Numbered from the stretch's first letter, positions 19,345-30,390 are shown. The stretch: DNA of 64,000 nt from Nitrospiraceae bacterium (GCA_050246315.1 JBFWWG010000014.1:30911-94910); one strand, 5' to 3'. Notes: generated from the letters alone by a model not told the origin. A program made the numbers and translations.

Positions 19345-20301
19345 TCACTTCATCATCCGGACTGCCAAGTCAATCAACACGCCTTCGCGCAAGCCCAGGT
19401 CGCTCACCAGAACGCTCGGCATCCCCAGAGTCTCCATGATGGTTCGGAGCATGATCGTGCCGGAGACGATGACGTCCTCGCGGCCACGTTCGAGGCCGGG
19501 CAGCCCCACTCGCTGCGCTTTGATGCGACTAAGCAGCATCTGCTCGATCTGCTGGACGGTGGCGAGCGTCAACCGATAATTGTGAATCCTCGCCGGTTCA
19601 TAGGCAGGCAGTTGCTGGGCCATGGCCGCAAGCGACGTGATCGTGCCGGCCGTACCGACGAACGTGAGGTCGGATGGTCTCGGCATACCAGCGACAACTC
19701 CCTCCATTTCTTTCCGAATCCACTCTCCCGCCCGCTCCACTTCCTCGACCGTCGGCGGATCATGGTGCAACAGCCGCTCGGAGAGACGCACCACCCCGAT
19801 ATCGATCGAGCGGACGATCGGCTGTCGCCCCGGCCGGTCGAGAATGAACTCTGTACTCCCACCCCCGATGTCGAGCGCCAGCATGTCCGCCACGCCGGGC
19901 GGCAAACCCGATCGAATGCCCAACATGGTCCGGCGGGCTTCTTCCTCTCCCGAGATCAACTCGACTTCGAAGCCGGCCTCTTTCTTGGCCAGATCCAGAA
20001 ACTCGTCTCGATTGGCGGCATCCCTCACGGCGCTGGTCGCCACAGCCGTCACCGCGTCCGGCCGGTACATCTCGACGACTCTGCTCCATTCCTTCAAGGT
20101 CTCGACGACTCTGGCCATCGCCTCCGCCGCCAGCCTTCGAGTCTCATCCACTCCCTGGCCGAGACGAAGAATCCGGCGGTCCGAACGTAGCTCGTGCAAC
20201 TTCCCCTGTTCGTCCAACCGCGCAACCAAGAGCCGGCAGGTCAACGTGCCGATATCAACACCGGCAAGGATTCGTTCTGTCCTCTTGCGCTGATCGTTCA
20301 T
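19345..20301 (-). CDS. ppx: Ppx/GppA phosphatase
   Basis: AGVDIGT, VATSAVRDAANR, ISGEEEAR, DIGGGSTE and GLREG motifs. Confidence 0.93.
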   Translation of the reverse strand: MNDQRKRTERILAGVDIGTLTCRLLVARLDEQGKLHELRSDRRILRLGQGVDETRRLAAEAMARVVETLKEWSRVVEMYRPDAVTAVATSAVRDAANRDEFLDLAKKEAGFEVELISGEEEARRTMLGIRSGLPPGVADMLALDIGGGSTEFILDRPGRQPIVRSIDIGVVRLSERLLHHDPPTVEEVERAGEWIRKEMEGVVAGMPRPSDLTFVGTAGTITSLAAMAQQLPAYEPARIHNYRLTLATVQQIEQMLLSRIKAQRVGLPGLERGREDVIVSGTIMLRTIMETLGMPSVLVSDLGLREGVLIDLAVRMMK

Positions 20302-20621
20302 CTCATATTCCGAATGCTGTCCATGTCCGCCTCGATCCGCGCCCGTTCGTCGTGCATCTTGCGGACCTGATTGATCCATGCGGAAATCTCTCGATCCATC
20401 TTGATCGCACCCAGCGTGCTCCCTTGCTCGACCAAGCGGACGGTGCGTTCCCCGATGTCTTCATGTATCTGATCCAGTTGATCTTGAATCTTTCGCAGTT
20501 CCAGTCGCAGCTTGAGCAACTCGGACTCTTCCATCGCACGGTTCGCGGCCTCAGCCGTTCCCTGCCGGAGCGTCGCCCATCCTGCCTTGAGATCTAACTT
20601 GAGACGTTGCAACAGACCCAT
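20298..20621 (-). CDS. Hypothetical coiled-coil protein
   Basis: 107 aa, AAGGA RBS, translationally coupled to ppx (ATGA overlap). Confidence 0.75.
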   Translation of the reverse strand: MGLLQRLKLDLKAGWATLRQGTAEAANRAMEESELLKLRLELRKIQDQLDQIHEDIGERTVRLVEQGSTLGAIKMDREISAWINQVRKMHDERARIEADMDSIRNMR

Positions 20622-20665
20622 CGCCGTTCCTTCTTCGCTGTCACCCCGTTATCCCAGCTCCTTCG

Positions 20666-23245
20666 TCAACCGACATCCCCGAGCGCCAGTTTCGCCTGCC
20701 ATCGTCGCATCATGGCATCTCGCAACGCTTGATGCTCCGGCGCCGACAACCTCGGATCCTGCTGCAACAGCGCAAAAGCCTCCTTGCGCGCCTGCTCCAA
20801 CAAGGCTGCGTCGCGCACGAGGTTGGCGACGCGAAAATCCGGAAGCCCCCATTGGCGTGTGCCGAACAGTTCGCCCGGCCCGCGAATCCGAAGATCTTCC
20901 TCCGCGATCACAAACCCGTCGGTCGAGCGGAGCAACGCGTCCAGCCGCTGGCGCGCCGGTGAAACCTGGTCACGCGGTTGCGGTGCGTCACTCCGGCCGC
21001 CCATGTGGGCTCCTGCAGCCCCACTGAGGAGCAGGCAATAGGATTGTTGTGCGCCTCGACCTACTCGGCCGCGCAGTTGATGCAATTGGGCCAGCCCGAA
21101 GCGCTCGGCATGTTCGATCACCATCACCGAGGCGTTCGGTACATCCACCCCCACTTCAATGACGGTTGTCGCCACTAATACCTGGATTTGCCCGGCCTTG
21201 AACGCTGCCATGGTCGCGGTCCGCTCCTCTGCCTTCAATCGGCCATGGACCAGGCCCACGCGATGGTCTGCAAATTCCTCTTGTTGCAGACGATCGGCCG
21301 CTTGTATCGCGGCCTCCAGATCGAGCTTTTCGGATTCCTCGACCAAGGGATACACCACATAGGCCTGGCGACCCGCCTTGATCTCATCTCGAACCACCTG
21401 ATAGGCCCGGCGCCGGTGGGATTGATGAAAGGCCAAGGTCCGAATGGGTTTGCGTCCCGGCGGCAAGCTGTCGATGACCGAGACATCCAAGTCACCGTAA
21501 ACGGTCATCGCGAGAGTCCGAGGAATCGGCGTGGCCGTCAAGACCAGCACGTCCGGTTGATAGCCCTTCTCGGTCAAAGTTTTTCGCTGTAACACCCCGA
21601 ACCGATGCTGCTCATCGATCACGACGAGCCCCAATCGCGAGAACCGGACATGGGATTGGACCAGCGCGTGTGTCCCGATGACGACCTGCGCCCCGCCGTC
21701 GGCAACCTGTGCAAGGCGCTCCTTCCGCAATTGCCCTCGCTCCTTGCCGCATAGGAGGACGGAGGACAGCCCGAGGCGATCGAGCAACCCTCGTAAATTC
21801 AGATAGTGCTGTTCGGCCAGCAGTTCGGTCGGCACCATCAGAGCCGCCTGGTGACCCGACGCACAGGCGGCCACCAGGGCATGCAATGCCACGACCGTCT
21901 TCCCGCTGCCGACATCGCCTTGGAGCAGCCGATTCATGGGCTGGGGTGAAGCCATGTCTGCAAGAATGTCACGAATCACCCGCTCCTGCGCGGTCGTCAG
22001 TCGGAAGGGCAGGATGGCTCGCAGACGTTGCAGGATCGCAGGAGCCTCCTGGCTGCGCAGCAGCTTCTCCTCCCGCCGTACCTCTTGATGCCGATCGGCA
22101 AGCGCCAATTCCAGCAGGAAAAGTTCCTCGAACGCCAACCGCCGATGGGCTGGACTGATGCCTCGATCCAGTTCCTCCAGCCGCAGCGGCTCCACCGGAC
22201 GGTGCACCCATTGGAGCGCATCGGGCATCCTCATGAGCTTCTGTCTGGCTTCGATTGCGCGCGGAAGAATGTTGATAACATCCGCCAGACTGGCGTGAAG
22301 CACCTGATCGATCAGCGCCCGCATCTGGCGCGAACTCCAGCCGCGGGTCTCGTGGTAGATGGGTACGACACGGCCGATATGGAGAGTGGCGGGACTCGTC
22401 GGCAGGCTCATGTGATCGATCGGCCCAGTTGGATTGACCGATTCGATCCGCTCGTACTCCTCTACTTCCATACGGAGATCCAGCCAACCTCGCCTCCCGA
22501 TCACAACCCGGCCGAGCAACAACACAGGAGTACCGGCGGCCAACTGCTCTTCCAGATAGGGTTGATTGAAGAAAAGGGCGATGAGCTGACCGGTCGCGTC
22601 CTCGACTGAGACTTCCAAAATCGACAATCGCCGGTGGGGGATTTTCTTGAGGTGGGTCCCTCGAACCGTTCCGCAAATGATCCCGCGCGTACCGGGCGTC
22701 AGCCGGTTGATGCGGGTCAGCCGAGACCGGTCTTCATACCTCCAAGGGAGAGACCAGCACAGGTCCTCCACGGTGACGATGCCCAAGCGACTCAGCACGC
22801 TGGCTCGCTTGGGACCCACCCCCTTGAGAAATTGTACGGCCCGTTCCCAGAGGGAACGTCGGGGCCCTGACACCTCGTCGGAAGAGTTCGCGACGGTCAC
22901 CGGAGGCAAGGCAGTGCCTTCCAGAGCCACCTCATCCCGTCCCGATCTCAACTGACGTACTAAGAGCCGCCCCTGTTGGACTCGTCGTTTGCGCTCTTCA
23001 GAATCGGCCGTTTGATCGAAATCCTCGAAGAGTTGCCTGAGGACCAAGAGCTTGATCTCCACCGGCACGGCATGCGGTCCTTTCGCCAACGCCTGCAAGA
23101 CCTGCTCGCAGACAAAAGGCCCAAGGCTCTTGACTCCGTGAACATGTGCGTAATTATCGCGCGCCGCAAACTCGATCGGCCGAGTCAACCGGTGGAGAAT
23201 CTCATTTAGCTCTGTTGCGGACGCTGGAGATGTGGGCGGCTGCAC
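20666..23245 (-). CDS. recG: ATP-dependent DNA helicase RecG
   Basis: RLLQGDVGSGKT, DEQHRFGV, TATPIPRTL, QLHQLRGRVGRG and DLRIRGPGE motifs. Confidence 0.97.
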   Translation of the reverse strand: MQPPTSPASATELNEILHRLTRPIEFAARDNYAHVHGVKSLGPFVCEQVLQALAKGPHAVPVEIKLLVLRQLFEDFDQTADSEERKRRVQQGRLLVRQLRSGRDEVALEGTALPPVTVANSSDEVSGPRRSLWERAVQFLKGVGPKRASVLSRLGIVTVEDLCWSLPWRYEDRSRLTRINRLTPGTRGIICGTVRGTHLKKIPHRRLSILEVSVEDATGQLIALFFNQPYLEEQLAAGTPVLLLGRVVIGRRGWLDLRMEVEEYERIESVNPTGPIDHMSLPTSPATLHIGRVVPIYHETRGWSSRQMRALIDQVLHASLADVINILPRAIEARQKLMRMPDALQWVHRPVEPLRLEELDRGISPAHRRLAFEELFLLELALADRHQEVRREEKLLRSQEAPAILQRLRAILPFRLTTAQERVIRDILADMASPQPMNRLLQGDVGSGKTVVALHALVAACASGHQAALMVPTELLAEQHYLNLRGLLDRLGLSSVLLCGKERGQLRKERLAQVADGGAQVVIGTHALVQSHVRFSRLGLVVIDEQHRFGVLQRKTLTEKGYQPDVLVLTATPIPRTLAMTVYGDLDVSVIDSLPPGRKPIRTLAFHQSHRRRAYQVVRDEIKAGRQAYVVYPLVEESEKLDLEAAIQAADRLQQEEFADHRVGLVHGRLKAEERTATMAAFKAGQIQVLVATTVIEVGVDVPNASVMVIEHAERFGLAQLHQLRGRVGRGAQQSYCLLLSGAAGAHMGGRSDAPQPRDQVSPARQRLDALLRSTDGFVIAEEDLRIRGPGELFGTRQWGLPDFRVANLVRDAALLEQARKEAFALLQQDPRLSAPEHQALRDAMMRRWQAKLALGDVG

Positions 23246-23454
23246 CGGGTGCTTCCAGGAGCGTGAGCCTCAACCATCTTGGTTGGGACCGCATCGTAGC
23301 ATAGGGTCGGAGGCTGTACAACGAGACCGTCCGCCAGGCGCCAGAGGAGGATGGAAGATTGCGTATGAGGCCGGGCGTGCATCCTCATTTCGGAGATTTG
23401 TTCGACAGGTGCAGAAACATTGCTACACTACGGCACAGATCAGTAGGAGTCCTC

Positions 23455-24918
23455 ATGTATCGACGGAATATTTCACACATCCTCAGTTCAGTGGGGATCG
23501 TCTTGGTTCTGTTCGTCGTGTATCATGCGTGGGTCAAGCCGGTCTATCTTCCTCCATCCGAACCGACTCCCGCTCCGCCGTCGGCAAGCGACAAGCCGGA
23601 GACGGATTCGCCCCCTCCTCCTTCCTCGATCGAGCAGGATCAGGTCCGCGAACAACGGAGACAGATGCGTCTGCTCGCTCCCGGCAATCCGCCGGCCAAT
23701 CACCAGTACGCCGAGCTCTTACAAGAAGCGCAGGAGGAGTTGGAGAAGCGTCAGGCTCGCAGCGCACAGACCAAACTAATGACATTGCCGCCGACGGCCT
23801 TGGCGGAGGCCAAGGTCGCGCGGTATGCGGCGGCACTCTGGAATAACCTCGGCCTGGAGCATGAGCGGACCGGGAATATGAAGGCAGCGGCACAGGCCTA
23901 CGCCAAGGCCGTCTCGATCGAACCGGCCAACCGAATAGCCCTGCTCAATCTGGCCCATGCCTATTGGGTCCAACGAGACCCACAGCTCACACGCGAATTG
24001 CTCGATCGCATCATCGCCCTCGCTCCGGATGAGCCCTTCCCACACATGGCCCTGGCGGACCTGTTGCAGGAACAGGACCGGCTTGCAGAGGCGGCTGAAC
24101 ATTTGGATCAGGCCGCCAAGCGAGCGCACCAGGACCCCGGCTTACACTCCTATCTGAAAGCGGTGACCGCCAAGGTGAACCGGACAGTACAGGTCGAACA
24201 GCCGTTCGCGACTCAGTCGTCCACCCACTTCACCGTGAAATGGGATGGAGAGGAAGACCAGACCACCTGGATGGCGGTGCTGGATATTCTCGAAGAGGCC
24301 TATCGGGAGATCGGGCAACGTCTGGGCTATTTCCCTCAGAAGCCGATCCTCGTCGTGCTCCACACCAAAGCCACCTTTCAAGCGGCCACGGGCAGTCCGG
24401 CCTGGGCGGACGGACTCTTTGACCCTACTCTAGGGCGCATTCAGATCCCCACTCGAGGGGCACTGATGGACCGACCCTGGCTGACGCGGGTGGTGAGGCA
24501 CGAGTTTGTCCATGCGTTGCTGCACGAACGGTTGGGCCCGGAAGCCGGCGGTCTCCCGACCTGGCTGAATGAAGGCCTGGCGATGCAGCTCGCTGGCGAC
24601 CCCTGGCCCGATCTCGATCAGGTGCTGAGCGGCGTCGCCGCCGGCGAGATTAAGCTGATCCCGTTGAACATGCTGGAGGGGGGCTGGAGCCGTTTTCCGG
24701 GAGAACTGGCACTTGTCGCCTACCTGGAAGCTAACTCAGCAACCGGCTACCTGATTGACCGCTTTGGAATGGAAAAGGTCCGAGAGTTACTCGCGGTCCT
24801 CAAATCACACCAAGGTTTCTCAGGTGCAATCGAGGATCGCCTCTACCTTCCCTACGATCAGTTCCAACGCCAATGGGTTGATTCAATCAACGCACGGATA
24901 GGCAAAGCCAACGGGTAG
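23455..24918 (+). CDS. Membrane-anchored TPR plus peptidase MA (gluzincin-like) protein
   Basis: AGGAG RBS, N-terminal TM, TPR-like helices, HEFVH...PTWLNEGLA. Confidence 0.85.
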   Translation: MYRRNISHILSSVGIVLVLFVVYHAWVKPVYLPPSEPTPAPPSASDKPETDSPPPPSSIEQDQVREQRRQMRLLAPGNPPANHQYAELLQEAQEELEKRQARSAQTKLMTLPPTALAEAKVARYAAALWNNLGLEHERTGNMKAAAQAYAKAVSIEPANRIALLNLAHAYWVQRDPQLTRELLDRIIALAPDEPFPHMALADLLQEQDRLAEAAEHLDQAAKRAHQDPGLHSYLKAVTAKVNRTVQVEQPFATQSSTHFTVKWDGEEDQTTWMAVLDILEEAYREIGQRLGYFPQKPILVVLHTKATFQAATGSPAWADGLFDPTLGRIQIPTRGALMDRPWLTRVVRHEFVHALLHERLGPEAGGLPTWLNEGLAMQLAGDPWPDLDQVLSGVAAGEIKLIPLNMLEGGWSRFPGELALVAYLEANSATGYLIDRFGMEKVRELLAVLKSHQGFSGAIEDRLYLPYDQFQRQWVDSINARIGKANG

Positions 24919-25792
24919 GTCGCTCGCAAGCCGCACCGCGATGATCATCCATAACGCCGATATTCCATGCCCACAATTTACCTGGACGGGACTGCCGAAC
25001 CGGCCAACCAGGGATGAGTTGCGCACGCTCCGGCTCATCCGCAGCCACCCCCTCCACCTCATCGCGGGTAGACAGCCTATCCGTCCAGATCAGCTCCTCC
25101 GTTTCTCGATCATAAGATCGGACGATCACCTCATAATCTCGATTATCTGATTCCGTCTCATTTCGATCCGTTTGCGACTCCGACGCCACGCGTTCCGACT
25201 GGTCCTTCCTCGGCGTGAACGTCTGGCGCCACACCGGCTGACCACTGAGGCGATCCACGGCCTGGACGATCAGGCTCGATTCCACTGTTGAGAGGGACGC
25301 ATCCCTGATCAGTCTCAACCGGCGGCTTGGCCTCAGACCGCCGGCCCCGGTTTGTTGGCGAGGATCGCCGCTGCCCGGTGTGACAAAGTTGAGATTGCCT
25401 TGCCAAAGATAGCCTCCGCTGCGCGCGTCATACACCCGCATCGGAAACTCCGAGATCGTCTGCGAATCCAAGTAGGCCGCCCCGGCAAAGACCCTGTCGC
25501 CGCTCGTGTCGCTCTTCTTGGGATCTTCCCCCACGACATTCAGCTCGAACCGTTCCTCCGAAAGCGGATCCCCGGTCCCTGCATCGTACGTACGGATTCG
25601 GATCAGAGATGTACTCCCCTGCTGATACCCGAATCCTACAGCGACGACACGGGCCGGCATCGCTCCCTCGTGCACGGATTCTGATTTCGTCTGGGTCGCA
25701 AGAGCCGGAGCAAGCGTTGGTCCCGCCCACGCGGGAGCGGTGAGCAGCACCAGGACCGGCAGGATCCGAAAGACTGTGAGCCAGTTTCGCAT
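24887..25792 (-). CDS. Hypothetical secreted protein
   Basis: Signal peptide ending APAWA; repeated YD..TG..LW beta-propeller-like units. Confidence 0.65.
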   Translation of the reverse strand: MRNWLTVFRILPVLVLLTAPAWAGPTLAPALATQTKSESVHEGAMPARVVAVGFGYQQGSTSLIRIRTYDAGTGDPLSEERFELNVVGEDPKKSDTSGDRVFAGAAYLDSQTISEFPMRVYDARSGGYLWQGNLNFVTPGSGDPRQQTGAGGLRPSRRLRLIRDASLSTVESSLIVQAVDRLSGQPVWRQTFTPRKDQSERVASESQTDRNETESDNRDYEVIVRSYDRETEELIWTDRLSTRDEVEGVAADEPERAQLIPGWPVRQSRPGKLWAWNIGVMDDHRGAACERPTRWLCLSVR

Positions 25793-25980
25793 GGCCGAAG
25801 CCTTTCTGTTTGGAGTTGTCCCAAAGGTCATGGCGTCTACCGCGCCTCTCACTGAATGGGAATAAGGCTCAGTGTGCCCGGACGCGCACCACAGGGTAAA
25901 TTCCACCGAGGTACGTTCTCCACCTAGAAAGGGCTATGCGTCGGCAGTCAGACCGAAGGTGGATGGAACACCTGACACGA

Positions 25981-26090
25981 GGTTGAAAAAGTCCGCCAGC
26001 TTTGTTTTCGGATCACTCTGAGGCTCAACGTACGAAGAGTGTGCCTCGTCTCCTCACTCGCTGCTGCCTCGTTGGACGGACTTTTTGACC
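25981..26090. repeat. Small MITE-like element with ~20-bp terminal inverted repeats
   Basis: ggttgaaaaagtccgccagc ... gttggacggactttttgacc; intergenic. Confidence 0.65.
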
Positions 26091-26245
26091 ATCCTGCAGG
26101 GGGATTTCTGAGGTCGCCCGTGGTCGCTCGCCGTACCGGCCTTCACAGGTGCTCGGAAGGCATTTCAACAGCCTACAAGATCGGCATTCTTGGAAATTCC
26201 TCAAAAGTACGGGGTGGCAGACGCGAATGCTGGGATCGAGTCGCG

Positions 26246-26647
26246 TCAGGCCGAACTGGGGGGCTTCACAGCACCAAACCAACGGTATCGGTGGCGAGCC
26301 AGCAGACGATAGGCCATCAGGGCGAGCCTTCGGATCGGGCGGAGTCTCAGCACCTGGGAGAGGAATCGACCATTCTGAAGATGCGGGAGCAATTCGACAA
26401 ACGCATCAAGACCTTGATGAACGGTACCATCTCCAGCGATGAACAAGGCGACCTCTGGACGGGCGCGCCCTACTAAATCGCCCAACAGGATCCCCGCATC
26501 TCGGCCCTGGTAGGGAAGATAGACAATGCGGCGCCCATCCCTCTTGCGCCAGCCTTCGAGATGAGTCTTCGCGGCGACACACATGCGGCATTCGCCGTCA
26601 TAGATCAAGACGCATGTCTGGGAGTGATCCGGCAGGTCGGAGGGCAT
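26246..26647 (-). CDS. DCC1-like thiol-disulfide oxidoreductase (DUF393)
   Basis: LIYDGECRMC and Y.LLARHRYRWFG motifs. Confidence 0.85.
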   Translation of the reverse strand: MPSDLPDHSQTCVLIYDGECRMCVAAKTHLEGWRKRDGRRIVYLPYQGRDAGILLGDLVGRARPEVALFIAGDGTVHQGLDAFVELLPHLQNGRFLSQVLRLRPIRRLALMAYRLLARHRYRWFGAVKPPSSA

Positions 26648-26759
26648 GTGTCAGCATGACAGACCGGTTCATCGACCCGCAAGACTTGGGAACGAGCCGC
26701 TGGTTGATCGAGACGCCGATGCCTTGCGGTACGCGGGCCCTCCCCGGTAGCATGCGTCC

Positions 26760-27170
26760 ATGACTACCAGGCATGTCGTGATGGCTGTTCTGGCGGCATT
26801 GATGGCAACGGCCGGCCTAGTGCGATTCAGTGCTCCCGTCCCAGCCGGGCAGGCTCCGATCGTACTGACAATGTGGAATATGTTCCTCTTCGGCATCCCG
26901 ACTCTCTTGATCGGGGCCCTGTTGGCGCGGCAACGGTGGGCGTTGATGGCCGCTGTGATCTATGGAACGGTGGGATTGGCCCTGGATATCTCCACCCTCG
27001 TGTATGTGCTGACCCACGAGACGGAAGGCCAGTTCTACGGTTTGGCGGTCAGCCTCTCCGCACTCCTGAATTTCCTGTTGATCGCCTACGGCGGCAAGGG
27101 ATTCCTCTCCGTCATCGACTCAGGGACGCTTCCAAGAGACCGCCCTCCCAGTCACCCGTCCCCCTTTTGA
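26760..27170 (+). CDS. Hypothetical membrane protein (about 4 TM)
   Basis: 136 aa, mostly hydrophobic helices. Confidence 0.65.
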   Translation: MTTRHVVMAVLAALMATAGLVRFSAPVPAGQAPIVLTMWNMFLFGIPTLLIGALLARQRWALMAAVIYGTVGLALDISTLVYVLTHETEGQFYGLAVSLSALLNFLLIAYGGKGFLSVIDSGTLPRDRPPSHPSPF

Positions 27171-28131
27171 CGTTGATCGATTTGATCCGTCTGAATCCGG
27201 CCTGTCGCAACCATCCCGCCGTCTCCGACAACGAGTAGGTATCGCCCTGCTCGGTGCAGAGCAACATCGTCCCGGCAAACAGATTGGCCTCCGTCGGGCG
27301 CAGTCCTTCTCGATCCAACAAAAACGCGTCCTGAATAATCAGACGACCACCAGGATTCAGAGCCGGCACCAATCGCTTGAACAGGGCCTGATTCTCTTCG
27401 GGCGAATAGATGTGCAACACATTCGAATACCAGATGACGTCGTATTGCCCCGGCACCTCGGCCTCCATGAAGTTCAACGGCAGGTAGGAGAGCCGAGCGC
27501 CACCCTTGTGTGTGGCGGCAATCTCCCTGGCGACCTCCAAGGCCGGAGCCCGATCGCAGAGGGTAGCGCGCAAGCGAGCCTGACGTGCAAGGAACTCCAG
27601 GGCATACGTGCCGGGACCTCCACCCAGATCCAGCAGGGTCTTGACTCCTTTCAACGGCACGTGGGCAGCCACCCGCGGAGCGGTGTCCACCGATCGATAA
27701 TGCATGGCCCAAGTGAACTGCCGGCGATAGACCGGATCGTCCGGACTCGTATCCGGATCGACCTCCCGGCCGGTTCTGACCGCTTCCGTCAATCGAGACC
27801 AGGTCGCCCATCCCTCGCGAAGCAATTCGAGATAGGCCTGCCGGTACTGTGGGCTCTTCGCGTTGAGCTCGACGGCCCCCACACGGCTGTTGCGATAGCG
27901 GTCCCCTTTCTTGATCAAGAGTCCGGCGCTGGCCAGGTTTCGGCACAGGATGCGCAGGCCCCGTTCGCTTGCCGACACCTGTTTCGCCAACTCCGGGATC
28001 GACCAGATCCCCGTTCCAATGTGGGTAAACAGGTCCAATTCGAGCGCCGTCAGAATCAGGCGAGGCAGACGATATTCGGTGACGGCAACGCGAAAATCCT
28101 CGAACGTCCGAATACCGGGCTCATGTTTCAT
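27112..28131 (-). CDS. O-methyltransferase (dimerisation plus Methyltransf_2 domains)
   Basis: TALELDLFT, LLDLGGGPG, SNVLH and ALNPGGRLII motifs. Confidence 0.88.
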   Translation of the reverse strand: MKHEPGIRTFEDFRVAVTEYRLPRLILTALELDLFTHIGTGIWSIPELAKQVSASERGLRILCRNLASAGLLIKKGDRYRNSRVGAVELNAKSPQYRQAYLELLREGWATWSRLTEAVRTGREVDPDTSPDDPVYRRQFTWAMHYRSVDTAPRVAAHVPLKGVKTLLDLGGGPGTYALEFLARQARLRATLCDRAPALEVAREIAATHKGGARLSYLPLNFMEAEVPGQYDVIWYSNVLHIYSPEENQALFKRLVPALNPGGRLIIQDAFLLDREGLRPTEANLFAGTMLLCTEQGDTYSLSETAGWLRQAGFRRIKSINVKRGTGDWEGGLLEASLSR

Positions 28132-28216
28132 GTGCATCCTCACAAATCCGTCCACTATTACAAGGCGTCTGCGATCGAAAGGCGGGAGCTATCTTGAGTC
28201 GTGGGCTCAAGGGCAT

Positions 28217-28654
28217 TCATGCGCGGAGTTGTTGGCGGCACCAGCGAAGCAGATCGAACACCGCCTCCGGCTTCTGGAAATCGACGGAGCGGGAGAACTG
28301 CACCGCGACAAAATGTTCGTTGATCTCCGTCCGCTCAGCGAATCCCGATTGCAGCAGCAGCGCACGATACTTCGAGACCGTGCGATTCATCAAGGTCTTG
28401 GCCTGCTTGGCCAGCTCGTCGGTCGGGAGATCCTCACAGGTGCCTTCCGAGAGCAGACTTTTCAGGTCATCCAAATCCATACCGGTTTGGCAGATGAGCT
28501 GCCCGTCCGGCAATAGTTCAAGCATCCATCCTTCGGCGTTCAAGTCCAGAGCCAGCGCGCCGTCGGGCCCCAGTTCATACACAGCCGGTTCGGCCTGCAC
28601 CAACCTCGTCCGCACGTGTTCCCAATCTACTGCATGAGCAGACTCGTGGCTCAT
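28217..28654 (-). CDS. Hypothetical protein
   Basis: 145 aa, translationally coupled to the upstream TPR gene. Confidence 0.7.
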   Translation of the reverse strand: MSHESAHAVDWEHVRTRLVQAEPAVYELGPDGALALDLNAEGWMLELLPDGQLICQTGMDLDDLKSLLSEGTCEDLPTDELAKQAKTLMNRTVSKYRALLLQSGFAERTEINEHFVAVQFSRSVDFQKPEAVFDLLRWCRQQLRA

Positions 28655-29472
28655 GCCAAAGACCCTGTGCCCGACTGGTGTGGTTCGACGGATGACTCGG
28701 CCAATCGCTGTCGGAGCGCATGCAATCGCCGCGTGTTTTCATCCAGTTTGGGCAAACGATATTTCCGGTCCATGGCGACGACCTGCTCCAGCAGCTCTGC
28801 GGCCTCCCGCAGATGGCCTCGCTCCTCTTGACACTGCGCCATCACATATCGGGCGCCGCCCGCGCGCAATTCATCGCGATGACGCTCCGCCATCGCGAGA
28901 CTCGTCCGGCAACAAGCCAGGGCGTCCTCGTAGCGACGTTGAGCCAGATAGGTCCGCCCCTTCATCCGCCAGACATCAGCGATCCCGCCGAAATTCCCCA
29001 TGCGCTGCATCAACGCCAGCGATTGCTCATAGTAGTCGAGGGCGCCGATCATGTCGCCGGTTTCTCTGGCAACCAGCCCCAAGTCGGACAGCAGAACCGC
29101 TTTCGCTGCGTAATCCTGGGTCCGATTCATGATATCCAGCGCTTCCAGATAATAGGCGCGTGCACGATCCCACTCCCCTGCATCCGCGCGCAGGTTGCCC
29201 AGATTAGCTAAGGTCGTGCCAATCCCCCGCTCGTCCCCGAGAATCTTTTGTAGCTCCAAGACCTCTTGATAATACGCCTGCGCCGGATCCCGCCGCCCGC
29301 TCACCGCGCAAATGTTTCCAAGATTCCCGAGCGTGGCGACCAACGAACGCCGGTCTCCCGTCAGGCGATGAGACTCCAACGCCTTGATGTAACAAGTGTA
29401 GGCCTCGGTATAACGACCCGCGGCGAAGTACTCGTTCCCTCGTCGATTTAGCTCTTCAGATCCCGTGTGCAT
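28651..29472 (-). CDS. Tetratricopeptide repeat protein
   Basis: Repeats such as ATLGNLGNI...A..YYQE.LE and TTLANLGNL...A..YYLEAL. Confidence 0.88.
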   Translation of the reverse strand: MHTGSEELNRRGNEYFAAGRYTEAYTCYIKALESHRLTGDRRSLVATLGNLGNICAVSGRRDPAQAYYQEVLELQKILGDERGIGTTLANLGNLRADAGEWDRARAYYLEALDIMNRTQDYAAKAVLLSDLGLVARETGDMIGALDYYEQSLALMQRMGNFGGIADVWRMKGRTYLAQRRYEDALACCRTSLAMAERHRDELRAGGARYVMAQCQEERGHLREAAELLEQVVAMDRKYRLPKLDENTRRLHALRQRLAESSVEPHQSGTGSLA

Positions 29473-29484
29473 GGAGACCGCCGT

Positions 29485-30084
29485 TCAGGCGTTGAGGCAG
29501 GTTTCCACGGCCGTTTTGGCTCCGGTCATGAGCGACATGCCGTCACCGACGAGGATCGTCTCAAATTGGTACTTCAACAGACGCCGCAATCCCTCTTTCG
29601 CCAAATTGGGATCGGCATATTTCTCGGTCGGAAGCATGGATAACGACCCGGGCGGCCTCCCAATCAAGGCATCGCCGACGATCATGATCCCCGCGTGCTG
29701 TTGAATAAACAGAGCGCACTCCCCGGGGGATTTCTGATCCCGAAGATGCACGGCCCAGATGCCTCCCGGCAAGAGCTCGCCGTCTTTGTATGTCCGAGTC
29801 GGTGTCACATCCATCTGAGACGCATCGAGTTCCGGCACATACAAATGGCATTGCCAGTCCCTCTGGTAAGCCACGGCCTCGCGAAGATGGTCGCGGTTGG
29901 TCACGACGATGTAGTCGATTCGGCCACCGCGCCGCACTTGGCCGCCCTCCTCAGGAGCGAGAGGAGGCGGATCCACCACAACACGATGTTCTCCGACAGC
30001 GAGCAGCAGGCCGTTGAAATCGAGCTGCTTCTCCGGCGAAAACCAGGACCACTGCCACACGTTCGGAAGAATCGGTTTCAACAT
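29485..30084 (-). CDS. MBL-fold hydrolase-like protein
   Basis: VVVDPP, IVVTNRDH, SPGE, IVGDAL and ILVGDG (atypical metal ligands). Confidence 0.75.
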   Translation of the reverse strand: MLKPILPNVWQWSWFSPEKQLDFNGLLLAVGEHRVVVDPPPLAPEEGGQVRRGGRIDYIVVTNRDHLREAVAYQRDWQCHLYVPELDASQMDVTPTRTYKDGELLPGGIWAVHLRDQKSPGECALFIQQHAGIMIVGDALIGRPPGSLSMLPTEKYADPNLAKEGLRRLLKYQFETILVGDGMSLMTGAKTAVETCLNA

Positions 30085-30101
30085 GGCATGATGTCGGTCG
30101 C

Positions 30102-30344
30102 TTACCCCAGTGTGGCCACGGCGTCCCGCACCATCTTCGTCACCTTGGCGCGGATGTCCTGTTCCGCTGCCAGATCGATGATGTCGTCCTCCGGCACCGT
30201 GATGAATTTGCGCGAAGTTCCCTTGGTGAGAGAGATCAAGAACAGGCTGTTTGACGAAGTCGTCGGAATCACAACCTGAACCCCCGCATCGACATCCCGC
30301 ACAAGCTCAAGAAACTGTTGTTTCCCCTCATCCATCTCGCTCAT
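30102..30344 (-). CDS. Hypothetical protein
   Basis: 80 aa from ATG 30344 after AAAGGA; within the operon. Confidence 0.7.
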   Translation of the reverse strand: MSEMDEGKQQFLELVRDVDAGVQVVIPTTSSNSLFLISLTKGTSRKFITVPEDDIIDLAAEQDIRAKVTKMVRDAVATLG

Positions 30345-30390
30345 GCAGTTCCTTTCGCTCCGGTCGGTCGAGGGTACCTCACCACGATAC